DNA from: an uncultured Bacteroidales bacterium
GTDB lineage: Bacteria; Bacteroidota; Bacteroidia; Bacteroidales; FEN-979
Assembly: GCA_903885595.1 (NCBI GenBank)
Contig: CAISJJ010000068.1
Span: 10,671 to 74,670 of the forward strand
Direction of reading: 5' to 3'
DNA: 64,000 nucleotides
This document shows positions 25,365-35,003 of the stretch, in pieces. A program made the position numbers and the translations under genes. How positions within the stretch are numbered: position 1 is the first letter of the stretch; every line of letters starts with the position of its first letter. Under the pieces are notes generated by a model. It was not told the origin of the DNA, did not search any database, and saw nothing but the letters and a program-made list of their open reading frames with translations.

Positions 25365-28300
25365 AAAAAATAGCCATTTCCGGAAACCTCTGATATACAG
25401 GGCGGGAAGGATATCCAGGCTCACCCTCCTGATTGTTATATTTTTTCACCTTGCAACGGTGAGTCAGAATATCAGTAAAACCGGGGGCGTATGTTTCAGG
25501 GTTGACAATAACCCTTCATTGGTTCAATTGAACCAGTTTGATTCAATTTTTCAAAAATACCAGCAGAAGTTTTGCCTTGCCATAACCTCATGGGCGCTGC
25601 CGGCTTCTCCCACTTATGTGGCTAGACTTAAAGATTACATCACTTACGGACATGAATTAATGGATAATACCCCGACACATCAGACCCATTATTTCAAACT
25701 ACTCAATATTCAGGATACCCTGCTGTATAAGAACAGTTGGGGGGTGGATCACTTTTGGGGAGACCAGGTTTGTTTAAAATATACTACAATCGACACAACG
25801 ATAGGTCATAATGAAGGACCTGTAAATGTTTTCGGCAATCTGGTGATCAGCGCATATAACGGTGAATTCGCCAATCTGAATGGCAATCCCTATTATCTGG
25901 GTTTATACTTCACTTATAACAACAAATTGTGTATTTGGTATGATCTGAAAAATGTTGATCCTTCAAATCCCGACACCCTTAAACTGAAATCATTCTGGGG
26001 CGAGCCCATCGATATGGGAACCCATTGGTGGACGAGTTATCATAAAATGGCCCAGCGGGAGATATATATGCATCCATCTGCAATTCAGCTGCTTGGTATG
26101 AGATCCATGAAAATATTCGATGACCTCAATATTTCAAGGCCGGTTACCTGGATCCATCCTGCCGGCCAGATGCCATGGATCAATGCGTATAATGTTAAGT
26201 CAAACCTTGGCGATTCGTTGGGTTACACGAGCGGATCGAACTTTGTAAATTCTGCCTACTTCTGCTATAATGAGTTCAATAACTATAACATAAAGCAATT
26301 CTCCTTACAATCGGGCGATATTTCCATTGAGAATCATGATTTTCAATGGAATAAAACACAAATAGCCAATTCCTTTGCCAAGCATTATGTTAAAGTCGAC
26401 GTTTCCTATTTTAACCTTGTACAGAGCGACTGGACGGCTTACCTGAAGCGGGTCGACAGTTTGCTTGCCTGGTGCATAACCAGTAATATCCCGGTAAAGA
26501 CCTATCGTGAATGGAGCAGTTTATTATATGACAGCCTGCCAGCGAGGTTTATCAATATGTTTCCCAAACTCAATGCTGATCTGGATGGAAATAATTTCCC
26601 CGATGGATATGATCAGGATCCTGCATTTGGAGGGATATTTCAGACAACCGGCGGTGTTTCTGAAAGTGGAGGCCGATGCTTTAAAATAGGAGGGGCAGGC
26701 ATTATAAGTCAGATCACAGCGCTGGGCGGCCTTGAGAAGGGGAGCAATATGTTTTCCATCTGGGTACGACGTACTGGTGAAGAATCAAGCAATATCATCG
26801 TCGATTTCATCTTCCCCGAGACAGGAACGAGGCAAACAGTAGAGTTCCCTGTTGACACCACGATTTGGGTGAAAAAAGATACAGTTATCAACGTACCTGA
26901 ATCAGCTTCATTGGTGACTATCCTTATAAAAAATGCTGGCCAAAACCAGGATACCATTAAGGTGAGTGGAATGGATATGCGTTCTGCAGGTTTTTTAAAG
27001 CTGACCAAATATCCTGAACAAAATATTAATGCGAATGAACCATTTGCATCTGTCGACTTGAATGCCCTGGTTGCTGAATCAATTTATCCACCTTCGGTGA
27101 TAACCTGGACTATACAAAGTCATGACACGCTGAATTTGACCATTCTTCCGGGAAAGATTTTGCAAGTGATGAAACCGGTGTCATTCTGGACTGGCAGGGA
27201 CAGTACTTATCTCATTGCCCACAGCCCCGATGGATTAAAAGACAGTTGTTTCATGAATTTTGTATCGAAGCCTCTCACCAGCGGATGCAGTGGCATCCCT
27301 GTTAGGATATCCTTACTTGACACCCTCAGAAACGGGGTGTATGATATAATTCAATGGAAATCTGATCCGTTTGATTCTACTATGTCCGATACAACGATAT
27401 ACAATCCCGTTGTGACCCCTGATACCACCACTACCTATACTGTTACATGTATTAATACGGTCAGTGGTAATATCAACAGGGATACCATCACATTCGAACG
27501 GCACCCGTTTCCGAAGCCCGGACTGCCTGCAGATACAGCCATGTGCAAAGGAGACAGTATCAGGCTGACGGCCAAAGACGGATTTCAATATTTATGGAAC
27601 ACAGGCGACACGCTGGCTTCCATCATGGTAAAGGATACAATTACAACGCAGTACTCGGTTATTGTGACAAGCTCCTATAAATGTTCAACAATTGACAGTA
27701 TTCTGGTTACGGTTTCTGAAAAACCAACGGCTCAGTTAAACGGGTTACTGGAATCGTATTGCCCCAATGACTGGGCCGCGACTTTATATGGGTTGCCTCA
27801 GGGAGGTACCATGAGTTCTACCTCTTCTGGATTTATTGCCGATACGATACAATCAGACCATGCTATATTTTCACCGAAGCTGGCCGATACAGGCATTAAC
27901 GTGGTTTGGTATACTGTAAAACAAAATGGTTGTGCAGATACCGATACTGTTAAGGTTTGGGTTCATTCAGTGCCTAACCCCGATCTGCCTCCTGATACAG
28001 CTATCTGTAAAGGTGATACTATCAGGCTCACAGCCAAAGAGGGACTTCACTTTTTATGGAACACGGGCAACCCGGCCGATACACTGGCCTCCATTTTGCT
28101 TACGCCTGCTGCTACGCGCGATTATACGGTGCAGGCTACCAATTCCTTTGGCTGTTCGGCAACTGACACCACCCATATCACGGTTTCCGACCGATCACTG
28201 GTTGGAGGATTGGTGCCAGCCTATTGCATGAATGACTGGCCTGCATCATTATATGGTTTACCTCCCGGTGGCACGATGAGTTCTAACTCCTCGGGATTTA

Positions 28301-28929
28301 AAGGAGATCCGCTTTTACCTGATAAGGGGCAATTCTATCCGGCCCAGGCCGATCCGGGAGTCAATCTGGTGTGGTATACGGTGCCATTTCCTCTAGGTTG
28401 CGGTGACACCGACACTGTCAAGGTCAGGGTTTATGCAGTGCCTGAAGTATTACCGCTTCCTGACACCATGCTGTGTGGTGGCCGAACGATCACCCTTGAT
28501 GCCGGCACTGGTTTTGATAATTATCTGTGGACAAATGGATCGATGGGACAAACAACAACCGTTGATTCCGCTGGTTATGGCCTAGGTCTTTATGAAATCT
28601 GGGTATATGTCACAAAGGACGGCTGTGTTGCAAAGGAAAATGCCCGGATTACGTTTATCGTATGCCCCGGCTTTCAGGATAAGGAGCTGATAAACGAATT
28701 TTCCCTCTACCCAAATCCAGCGTCCGACGAAATTATAATTAAGGTAAAATCCAATATCCCTGAATTGTTACACATGCAAATTATGGATCTTAAGGGGTTA
28801 ATTGTCAAGCAGATGATCCTTGAAAATATATCCAATAACATACCTGTTGCTGATTTACCGAGGGGTACCTATATCCTCAGGATATTCAAGGGTGTTAAAA
28901 AGGTTGACTATAAATTTATTAAAATCTGA
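25354..28929 (+). CDS. large T9SS-secreted surface protein (type-A CTD) with a unique N-terminal half and tandem Cys-containing Ig-like modules
   Basis: 1191 aa with an N-terminal signal anchor. The C-terminus FSLYPNPASDEIIIKV...GTYILRI is a type-A CTD. It overlaps the PorP/SprF gene by 11 nt. Confidence 0.75.
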   Translation: MQDKKNSHFRKPLIYRAGRISRLTLLIVIFFHLATVSQNISKTGGVCFRVDNNPSLVQLNQFDSIFQKYQQKFCLAITSWALPASPTYVARLKDYITYGHELMDNTPTHQTHYFKLLNIQDTLLYKNSWGVDHFWGDQVCLKYTTIDTTIGHNEGPVNVFGNLVISAYNGEFANLNGNPYYLGLYFTYNNKLCIWYDLKNVDPSNPDTLKLKSFWGEPIDMGTHWWTSYHKMAQREIYMHPSAIQLLGMRSMKIFDDLNISRPVTWIHPAGQMPWINAYNVKSNLGDSLGYTSGSNFVNSAYFCYNEFNNYNIKQFSLQSGDISIENHDFQWNKTQIANSFAKHYVKVDVSYFNLVQSDWTAYLKRVDSLLAWCITSNIPVKTYREWSSLLYDSLPARFINMFPKLNADLDGNNFPDGYDQDPAFGGIFQTTGGVSESGGRCFKIGGAGIISQITALGGLEKGSNMFSIWVRRTGEESSNIIVDFIFPETGTRQTVEFPVDTTIWVKKDTVINVPESASLVTILIKNAGQNQDTIKVSGMDMRSAGFLKLTKYPEQNINANEPFASVDLNALVAESIYPPSVITWTIQSHDTLNLTILPGKILQVMKPVSFWTGRDSTYLIAHSPDGLKDSCFMNFVSKPLTSGCSGIPVRISLLDTLRNGVYDIIQWKSDPFDSTMSDTTIYNPVVTPDTTTTYTVTCINTVSGNINRDTITFERHPFPKPGLPADTAMCKGDSIRLTAKDGFQYLWNTGDTLASIMVKDTITTQYSVIVTSSYKCSTIDSILVTVSEKPTAQLNGLLESYCPNDWAATLYGLPQGGTMSSTSSGFIADTIQSDHAIFSPKLADTGINVVWYTVKQNGCADTDTVKVWVHSVPNPDLPPDTAICKGDTIRLTAKEGLHFLWNTGNPADTLASILLTPAATRDYTVQATNSFGCSATDTTHITVSDRSLVGGLVPAYCMNDWPASLYGLPPGGTMSSNSSGFKGDPLLPDKGQFYPAQADPGVNLVWYTVPFPLGCGDTDTVKVRVYAVPEVLPLPDTMLCGGRTITLDAGTGFDNYLWTNGSMGQTTTVDSAGYGLGLYEIWVYVTKDGCVAKENARITFIVCPGFQDKELINEFSLYPNPASDEIIIKVKSNIPELLHMQIMDLKGLIVKQMILENISNNIPVADLPRGTYILRIFKGVKKVDYKFIKI
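27502..28680 (+). repeat. intragenic tandem repeat: about 2.5 copies of a 154-156-aa module (462/468 nt)
   Basis: Module starts at 27502, 27964 and 28432 align by eye: H.(F/V)P.P.LP.DTA.CKGD.IRLTAK.G...LWNTG...DTLASI...; later ...YC.NDW.A.LYGLP.GGTMSS.SSGF......ADpG.N.VWYTV...GC.DTDTVKV.V. Confidence 0.8.
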
Positions 28930-28953
28930 TTGACTTTCTGATTTCATATTTTT

Positions 28954-30171
28954 ATGGACATTGTCATTACTGGTTTGCAATCTTATGATAATGATATAGG
29001 TTGTAATAGTATCAACCTTGCCCATGAATTTGCGAAGAACCATCGTGTACTATATGTAAATTATGCGCTTGACCGGCTTACCCTTTACCGCGAGCCAAAA
29101 AATCCGAAGGTTCTGTTCCGAAAAAAGATTATCAGGGGGGAAGCCGAGAACCTCATAAAAGTTGCCGATAATCTCTGGACGCTCTATCCAAAAACAGTAC
29201 TGGAATCGATAGGCCAGCTGCCAGTGAACTTCCTGTTTGACTTCCTGAATAAAATAAATAATAAACGCTTTGCAAGGCAGATTTCCATTGCCATGCAAAC
29301 GCTTGGGTTTTCTGATATCATCCTGTTTACCGACAATGATATGTTCAGGAGCTTCTACCTGAAAGAGTTACTGAAGCCCAACCTGTTCATCTATTATTCA
29401 CGCGACTACATGATAGGTGCCGACTGGTGGAAACGGCATGGAATCCGCATTGAAGCGGAGTTGATCAGAAAAGCCGATCTGGCGGTAGCCAACTCTGTGT
29501 ACCTGACCAATTACCTGAAAAAATTTAATTCTTGTTCCTATTATATCGGACAAGGCTGTGATGTCAGTGCATTTGATAGAAAACTGATTACCTCTGTTCC
29601 CGACGATATCCGAAACATGCCTAAACCTATCATCGGATATATCGGTGCATTGTTTACTTCGCGTCTCGACATTGACATTATTCACCTTTTAGCGACAAAG
29701 CACCCCGAATGGTCTGTTGTGCTTGTCGGACCCGAAGATGACGGGTTCAAAGGAAGTAAGCTGCATCAGGTAAAAAATATCCATTTTCTTGGAAGCAGGA
29801 ATCCCTCAGCCTTGCCTTCTTACTTATATGCCTTCGACGTTGCGATAAACCCTCAGATACTGAATGAGGTTACAATTGGGAATTATCCCCGGAAAATTGA
29901 TGAATACCTTGCCATGGGTAAACCGATAGTAGCCACAAAAACCGAAGCCATGGAGGTTTTTGAAGGATATACCTACCTTGCATCAACGGCCGGGGAATAC
30001 CTGAAATTGACCGAACTGGCCCTGGTGGAGGACAATGAGGATTTGGCCAGTCAGCGGGAAAATTTTGCAAGGAGTCATACCTGGGAGGCCAATGTAAAAG
30101 CTATCTTTGAAGCCATTGAATGTATGAAGAGAGATAAATCCCCAAAAACAGGTAACAATGACAATCGATAA
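28954..30171 (+). CDS. GT-B fold glycosyltransferase (GT1/GT4-type, TuaH-like)
   Basis: 405 aa. The C-terminal segment NPQILNEVTIGNYPRKIDEYLAMGKPIVATKTEAM is the GT-B nucleotide-sugar binding region. It is a close paralogue of the N-terminal about 395 aa of the 41423..43252 protein. Confidence 0.75.
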   Translation: MDIVITGLQSYDNDIGCNSINLAHEFAKNHRVLYVNYALDRLTLYREPKNPKVLFRKKIIRGEAENLIKVADNLWTLYPKTVLESIGQLPVNFLFDFLNKINNKRFARQISIAMQTLGFSDIILFTDNDMFRSFYLKELLKPNLFIYYSRDYMIGADWWKRHGIRIEAELIRKADLAVANSVYLTNYLKKFNSCSYYIGQGCDVSAFDRKLITSVPDDIRNMPKPIIGYIGALFTSRLDIDIIHLLATKHPEWSVVLVGPEDDGFKGSKLHQVKNIHFLGSRNPSALPSYLYAFDVAINPQILNEVTIGNYPRKIDEYLAMGKPIVATKTEAMEVFEGYTYLASTAGEYLKLTELALVEDNEDLASQRENFARSHTWEANVKAIFEAIECMKRDKSPKTGNNDNR

Positions 30172-31348
30172 AATTCATATTGGTGATAAGGCTTCCATTA
30201 AACACAAAATCACAGATAAAGACATTGAGCAGTTTGTCGATTTGACCGGAGATAATAATAAGCTCCATGTGAATGAGGAATATGCACGCAAAACGGAGTT
30301 TAAGCATCCGGTCGTTCACGGGATGCTGGGCGCTTCATTTATTTCAACCGTGATTGGGACCAAGCTTCCGGGCGATGGTGCGCTCTGGTACGCCCAAACC
30401 CTCGAATTTTTGAGACCAGCAAGGGTAGGAGATACCATAACCGTTACCGGTGAGGTAATCGGAAAAAATGATTCAACCAAAACCGTTGAAATTAAAACGG
30501 AAATTCTCAATCAGCACAAACAAGTAATAACTACCGGCGTTGCCAGGGTCAAATTGGTTGAGTTGCAAAAAGCACCGGAAATCATTCAGACCGGTACGGA
30601 TGAGAAATCAGAAAGGGTCGTAATTATCCTGGGAGCAACCGGAGGTATTGGACAGGCTGCTGCGCTAAAACTGGCTTCTGAAGGCTACCATCTCGTCCTC
30701 CATTATAATACCAACAAAAAACTTGCAGTGTCAATCAGGGAAGCTGTTCAGAAAACCGGCAGAAAAGCAATTGCAGTGCAGGCCGATCTACTTGACCCGT
30801 CTGCGGTTGGTTCCTTTATGGAGGCCGTGAACAGGGAGTTCACTTCGATATATGGTTTCGTAAATTGTTCCAGTGTTAAAATTCCCTCGGTTAAATTCAC
30901 CGACCTTGAATGGAGTTATCTTCAGGATCACCTGGACATAAATATTAAATGTTCTTTTCACATTCTTAAAGAGATCCTGCCGAAAATGGAGGTTCAGAAG
31001 TTTGGAAAAATTGTGTTTATTACAACCCAGGCCATCGAAACTCCAAATTCTGAGTGGCTTCATTATATCACGGCAAAATCGGCACTGCATGGCTTTGCAA
31101 AAGCGCTCGCCATTGAATACGCACCTAAAGGAATACAGGTTAACATGGTTTCGCCCGGTATGACTGATACCGATCTGCTTTCGGAGGTCCCGCAGAAAAT
31201 CAAATTGCTGTCAGCCGCCAAAACACCACTCCGGAGATTATGCACTCCCGGAGATGTGGCAAACAGTATCGCTTTTTTACTTTCCGACAGCGCAAATTTT
31301 ATAACCGGTGAAACAATCAGGGTAAATGGAGGACAAGTAATGATATGA
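30158..31348 (+). CDS. fusion protein: N-terminal MaoC-like (R)-hydratase/dehydratase hot-dog domain plus C-terminal short-chain dehydrogenase/reductase (FabG-like)
   Basis: 396 aa. The N-terminus LTGDNNKLHVNEEYARKTEFKHPVVHGML is the MaoC motif. From about aa 160, ILGATGGIGQAAALKLA (TGxxxGxG), YITAKSAL (YxxxK) and NMVSPG mark the SDR. Confidence 0.8.
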   Translation: MTIDKIHIGDKASIKHKITDKDIEQFVDLTGDNNKLHVNEEYARKTEFKHPVVHGMLGASFISTVIGTKLPGDGALWYAQTLEFLRPARVGDTITVTGEVIGKNDSTKTVEIKTEILNQHKQVITTGVARVKLVELQKAPEIIQTGTDEKSERVVIILGATGGIGQAAALKLASEGYHLVLHYNTNKKLAVSIREAVQKTGRKAIAVQADLLDPSAVGSFMEAVNREFTSIYGFVNCSSVKIPSVKFTDLEWSYLQDHLDINIKCSFHILKEILPKMEVQKFGKIVFITTQAIETPNSEWLHYITAKSALHGFAKALAIEYAPKGIQVNMVSPGMTDTDLLSEVPQKIKLLSAAKTPLRRLCTPGDVANSIAFLLSDSANFITGETIRVNGGQVMI

Positions 31349-33081
31349 ATGCACTTACTTTTTCTGAGTTGTTCCGGCTGAATGAAGAATTAGGTGAGTT
31401 GTTGCGTGAAAAAGAGGCAATTTCTCTCAAGATTTTGTCGAATGTTACCATGAATCAGCTTAAGCCCATTTTGGAGTATGCTCTTCGCAGCGAATCCCTG
31501 AATGCGGTCGCTGAAATGACCTCCTATGATAATATACTGCAGGAGAGCATGCATATACAAGGGAAAGCGATTCCTGTCGTTTTCTGGGAATTATGCAATC
31601 TTAAATCAAGTTTCGCCTTTGAAATAGAATATTATACGCCAGAGGAAATTTCCAGGTATGCAGAAAAAACGACGAAAGAACTTGAGCTGCTCTTTGATAA
31701 TCTTAGGCAGTCTCCATTGGTAATATTTAACCGGTTTTCGCACATCTTATTCACGAATCATACGATTACAGGAAATAATTTTGAACGGTTTGTTAAACAA
31801 CTGAATGATTTTTTAATTCAACATGCTCCGCCGAATTTCCTGCTGATCGATCTTGACCGTATTTTTAGTGCAATTTCCCTTGATGCTTCCGTAGATCTTA
31901 GAAATTACTATAGTTCAAAAGTATTGTATACCGTAAATTTTCTTAAATCATATACATCACAAATAGTCCCCGTGATCCTGTCAACCTATGCAAAGTCGCG
32001 GAAAGTGATCATTCTTGATTGCGATAATACCCTTTGGAAAGGCATTGTTGGAGAGGATGGATGGGAACACCTTGCGATTTCTGATAAAGACAAGGATGGG
32101 ATTTATTTTAAAGAGGTACAATGTATTTTAAAATCGCTGATAAAAAAGGGAATTGTGCTTTGCCTTTGCAGCAAGAATAATGCAGAGGATGTTGAGGAGG
32201 TCTTTCAACACCGGCACGACATGGTGCTGAAATCGGATGATTTTGTCATTAAAAAAATCAACTGGAATGACAAGGCAAGCAACATCAGGGAGATTGCCGG
32301 GGAACTCAATCTTGGAACCGACAGTTTTATCTTTGTTGATGATTCAGAATTTGAAATAAACCTTGTGAAGGAACAGTTGCCGGAAGTAAAAACAATCCAG
32401 GTTCCTGTTAAGCTTTTTCATTATCCCAGGATGATTCTTGATCATTTGCCGCTTTGTTTTTCCTTAAGCTTCACAAATGAAGACCTTGCCAGGGTGCAGA
32501 TGTACCAGCAGGAATTACGCAGAACCACCGAAAAAAGCAGGTTCCAGGATATGGATGATTATCTGGCATCGCTCGGAATTAAAGTGGTCATTTCTGAAAA
32601 AAATCCGGAGGAGATGGAGCGGCTGACCCAGTTAACGCAGAAGACAAATCAATTCAACCTCACAACAAAACGATATTTGCCCGGTGAGATGCAGCAGTTT
32701 TATCAGTCATCTCACACCGATGTTCTCAGTTTAAGTGTAAGCGATAAATTCGGGAATTTTGGAATTACCGGGCTTTGTATCATCAAATACTCGAAAAACA
32801 TTGCCGTCATTGATACGTTGCTGTTGAGTTGCAGAATCCTGGGACGAAATATAGAGTCAGTTTTTCTGATGGAGATCGTTAAGCGGGTGTACATGAAGAG
32901 ATATGACCTGATTCAGGCAACATATAAAAAAACTTTAAAAAATGGAATTGTTGAATCATTTTATGACAAGAGTGGATTTGCCCTTCTTGGAAGCGATAAT
33001 GATGAACGGCGCTATGAAACAACATGCCGGAAATTCCTGGGTAATGCAAGGCCTGTAAAATATATAAAGGTGATTTCCTAA
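31345..33081 (+). CDS. FkbH-like HAD-IIIC family protein
   Basis: 578 aa. The central HAD motif is VIILDCDNTLWKGIVGEDG, followed by CSKN and VDDS motifs. The C-terminal GNAT-like fold contains LLLSCRILGRNIE. This architecture is characteristic of the FkbH / HAD-IIIC family. Confidence 0.8.
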   Translation: MNALTFSELFRLNEELGELLREKEAISLKILSNVTMNQLKPILEYALRSESLNAVAEMTSYDNILQESMHIQGKAIPVVFWELCNLKSSFAFEIEYYTPEEISRYAEKTTKELELLFDNLRQSPLVIFNRFSHILFTNHTITGNNFERFVKQLNDFLIQHAPPNFLLIDLDRIFSAISLDASVDLRNYYSSKVLYTVNFLKSYTSQIVPVILSTYAKSRKVIILDCDNTLWKGIVGEDGWEHLAISDKDKDGIYFKEVQCILKSLIKKGIVLCLCSKNNAEDVEEVFQHRHDMVLKSDDFVIKKINWNDKASNIREIAGELNLGTDSFIFVDDSEFEINLVKEQLPEVKTIQVPVKLFHYPRMILDHLPLCFSLSFTNEDLARVQMYQQELRRTTEKSRFQDMDDYLASLGIKVVISEKNPEEMERLTQLTQKTNQFNLTTKRYLPGEMQQFYQSSHTDVLSLSVSDKFGNFGITGLCIIKYSKNIAVIDTLLLSCRILGRNIESVFLMEIVKRVYMKRYDLIQATYKKTLKNGIVESFYDKSGFALLGSDNDERRYETTCRKFLGNARPVKYIKVIS

Positions 33082-33125
33082 AGGTCTATCTTTGCAAAAA
33101 TCAGTCATAAACTCATTTTGTCAGC

Positions 33126-33362
33126 ATGGAAGAAAAAGTAAGGCGAATTATGTCCAGTGTATTTCTGGTAGATATTGAAAAAATTGATGAAAATGCTTCA
33201 CCTGAAACACTTCCCAAATGGGATTCGCTGGGGCATTTGAACCTGATAACATCCATTGAAGAAGAATTTGGAATCACACTGGATGATGAACAAATCATTG
33301 AGATGCTCAATTATAAACTGGTTTTAGAGGTTATCAGGGAGTGTTTGAAGGCTTCTTCCTGA
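33126..33362 (+). CDS. acyl carrier protein
   Basis: 78 aa. Contains the phosphopantetheine attachment motif WDSLGHLNLI (Ser codon 33225-33227). It is acidic and of four-helix size. Confidence 0.8.
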   Translation: MEEKVRRIMSSVFLVDIEKIDENASPETLPKWDSLGHLNLITSIEEEFGITLDDEQIIEMLNYKLVLEVIRECLKASS

Positions 33363-33974
33363 TCAGGGGCGCCAGGCTTTGGCTTCGTGGTTATATTGTC
33401 GTAACAAACGGGCAGGATTTCCGCTTACCACCGAATAGGGAGGAACGTCTTTAGTTACCACGCTGCCTGCCGAAACCACACTATGTTTTCCAATGACAAT
33501 CCCTGGAAAAATCACGCAATTGGCGCCAACCCAAACATCATCTTCAATGATAATGGGCGATCGCGTAAATCCCTGCTCAAGGATGGTTCTGGTAACATCT
33601 TCGTAATTATGACTCATTCCGGTCAGCAGGATTCCCTGGGCCAATCCGACATCATTTCCAATGGTGATAGGGCCGATGAGTGTGCAACCAAGGCCAACAA
33701 TACTGCGGTCGCCAATAATGATGTCTCCAACGCAATTGTTAATGGCCGTGAAATCTTCAACTGTTGAATAATTCCCGACGCTGAATTTGTTAAAAGGTAA
33801 AACATCAAGTCGGGTTCGCTTCCTGATTACTGCGCCCTTTCCTTTATGATGGATAAAAGGATTTATGAACCAGGCTACAAATTTCCGGGGCCTGGCCTGA
33901 TTCTTTGGCATCAAAATCCTTAAGGTCAATAATTTAAGTTGTGGATTCGATTTTATTTTTGCCGCTATGCCCAT
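33363..33974 (-). CDS. left-handed beta-helix (hexapeptide-repeat) acyl/acetyltransferase
   Basis: 203 aa. Hexapeptide repeats IGD.S.VG.G..L.G...IGN.V and VWVGANCVIFPGIVIGKHSVVSAGSVV, ending PPYSVVSGNPARL. It is a paralogue of the C-terminal domain of the 41423..43252 protein. Its stop abuts the ACP stop. Confidence 0.8.
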   Translation of the reverse strand: MGIAAKIKSNPQLKLLTLRILMPKNQARPRKFVAWFINPFIHHKGKGAVIRKRTRLDVLPFNKFSVGNYSTVEDFTAINNCVGDIIIGDRSIVGLGCTLIGPITIGNDVGLAQGILLTGMSHNYEDVTRTILEQGFTRSPIIIEDDVWVGANCVIFPGIVIGKHSVVSAGSVVTKDVPPYSVVSGNPARLLRQYNHEAKAWRP

Positions 33975-34028
33975 ATTTCACTTTTTATTATCAATGGATT
34001 TTCTTCCTGCCATAAAATGAACCTTTAT

Positions 34029-34970
34029 TTACACTGAAAGGTTTGAAAGTTTACCGGAATCAGATTTTACCAGTGCACAATAATTTATAGTGACTTTGAG
34101 CCTGATAATTTCATCCATGGGTAAATCTTCAACGGGGAGCACCAGCTCCTGTTCAATCTTTAGTTCGTTGCCGCCAATCAGGTTCCTGATCTCGTCAATT
34201 TGTTTAAAATGATAAACATGATCTATTGCGGGGCAATTCACACAGGTTGAGATAAATGCAACACCATCTGGTGTAAGCAACCTGCTTATTTTCAACAGTA
34301 ATTCTCCTGGATTTTCAACATGTTCCAGAACTTCACCCATCGTAATAAAATCAAATTTTCCGATGGGATCATATTCCAGGACATCTTTTACAATGTATTC
34401 AATATGAGATGAACCACCTGTAAAATAATTGATGAATGACCTGGATACCTCCATTGACATTTTACTGATATCGATCGTCGTATAATGGATGTCGGGACCA
34501 AGTATGTGAAAAGCGTCATTCAAAAATAAACCATGCCCTGGCCCAATCTCGAAATAGTGTTTTATTCTCCCCTTTTCGCTGTTAAGAGCGTTCAGCAGGA
34601 ACTGATACATCCTGTAGTGACTTCCCCAAAGAAATTGAGAGATAGCCAACCCGGTCATGTATGCTTTCATGCGAATATCGGCATTATATACCGCTTCTAT
34701 GGTTTGAGAGGTTTTCTCAGCTGGGTATCTCCCTGTTTTCATAAAATAACGCTGGCTGATCATCATGTCATTACACAACGTCAGGTATGAATCTACAGCA
34801 TAATCCAGTGGAATTTGCTGTGCATCCAGGTAACCCTGGTAATCATTTATAAACTGTTCTGCTTGGACAAAAAATGCCGGATCCTGTTTATTCAGATATT
34901 TCTCCAGTTTCATTTTTTGCAGTGGAGAACGTTTATAAACCAGTTGTAACAGTTGATCGAGATAACCCAT
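34029..34970 (-). CDS. class I SAM-dependent methyltransferase
   Basis: 313 aa. Motif I is YFEIGPGHGLF and the post-I/II region is FDFITMGEVLEHVENP. Confidence 0.75.
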   Translation of the reverse strand: MGYLDQLLQLVYKRSPLQKMKLEKYLNKQDPAFFVQAEQFINDYQGYLDAQQIPLDYAVDSYLTLCNDMMISQRYFMKTGRYPAEKTSQTIEAVYNADIRMKAYMTGLAISQFLWGSHYRMYQFLLNALNSEKGRIKHYFEIGPGHGLFLNDAFHILGPDIHYTTIDISKMSMEVSRSFINYFTGGSSHIEYIVKDVLEYDPIGKFDFITMGEVLEHVENPGELLLKISRLLTPDGVAFISTCVNCPAIDHVYHFKQIDEIRNLIGGNELKIEQELVLPVEDLPMDEIIRLKVTINYCALVKSDSGKLSNLSV

Positions 34971-35003
34971 AATCGGTTTAGTTATAAATGAACCTGTTTC
35001 CTG

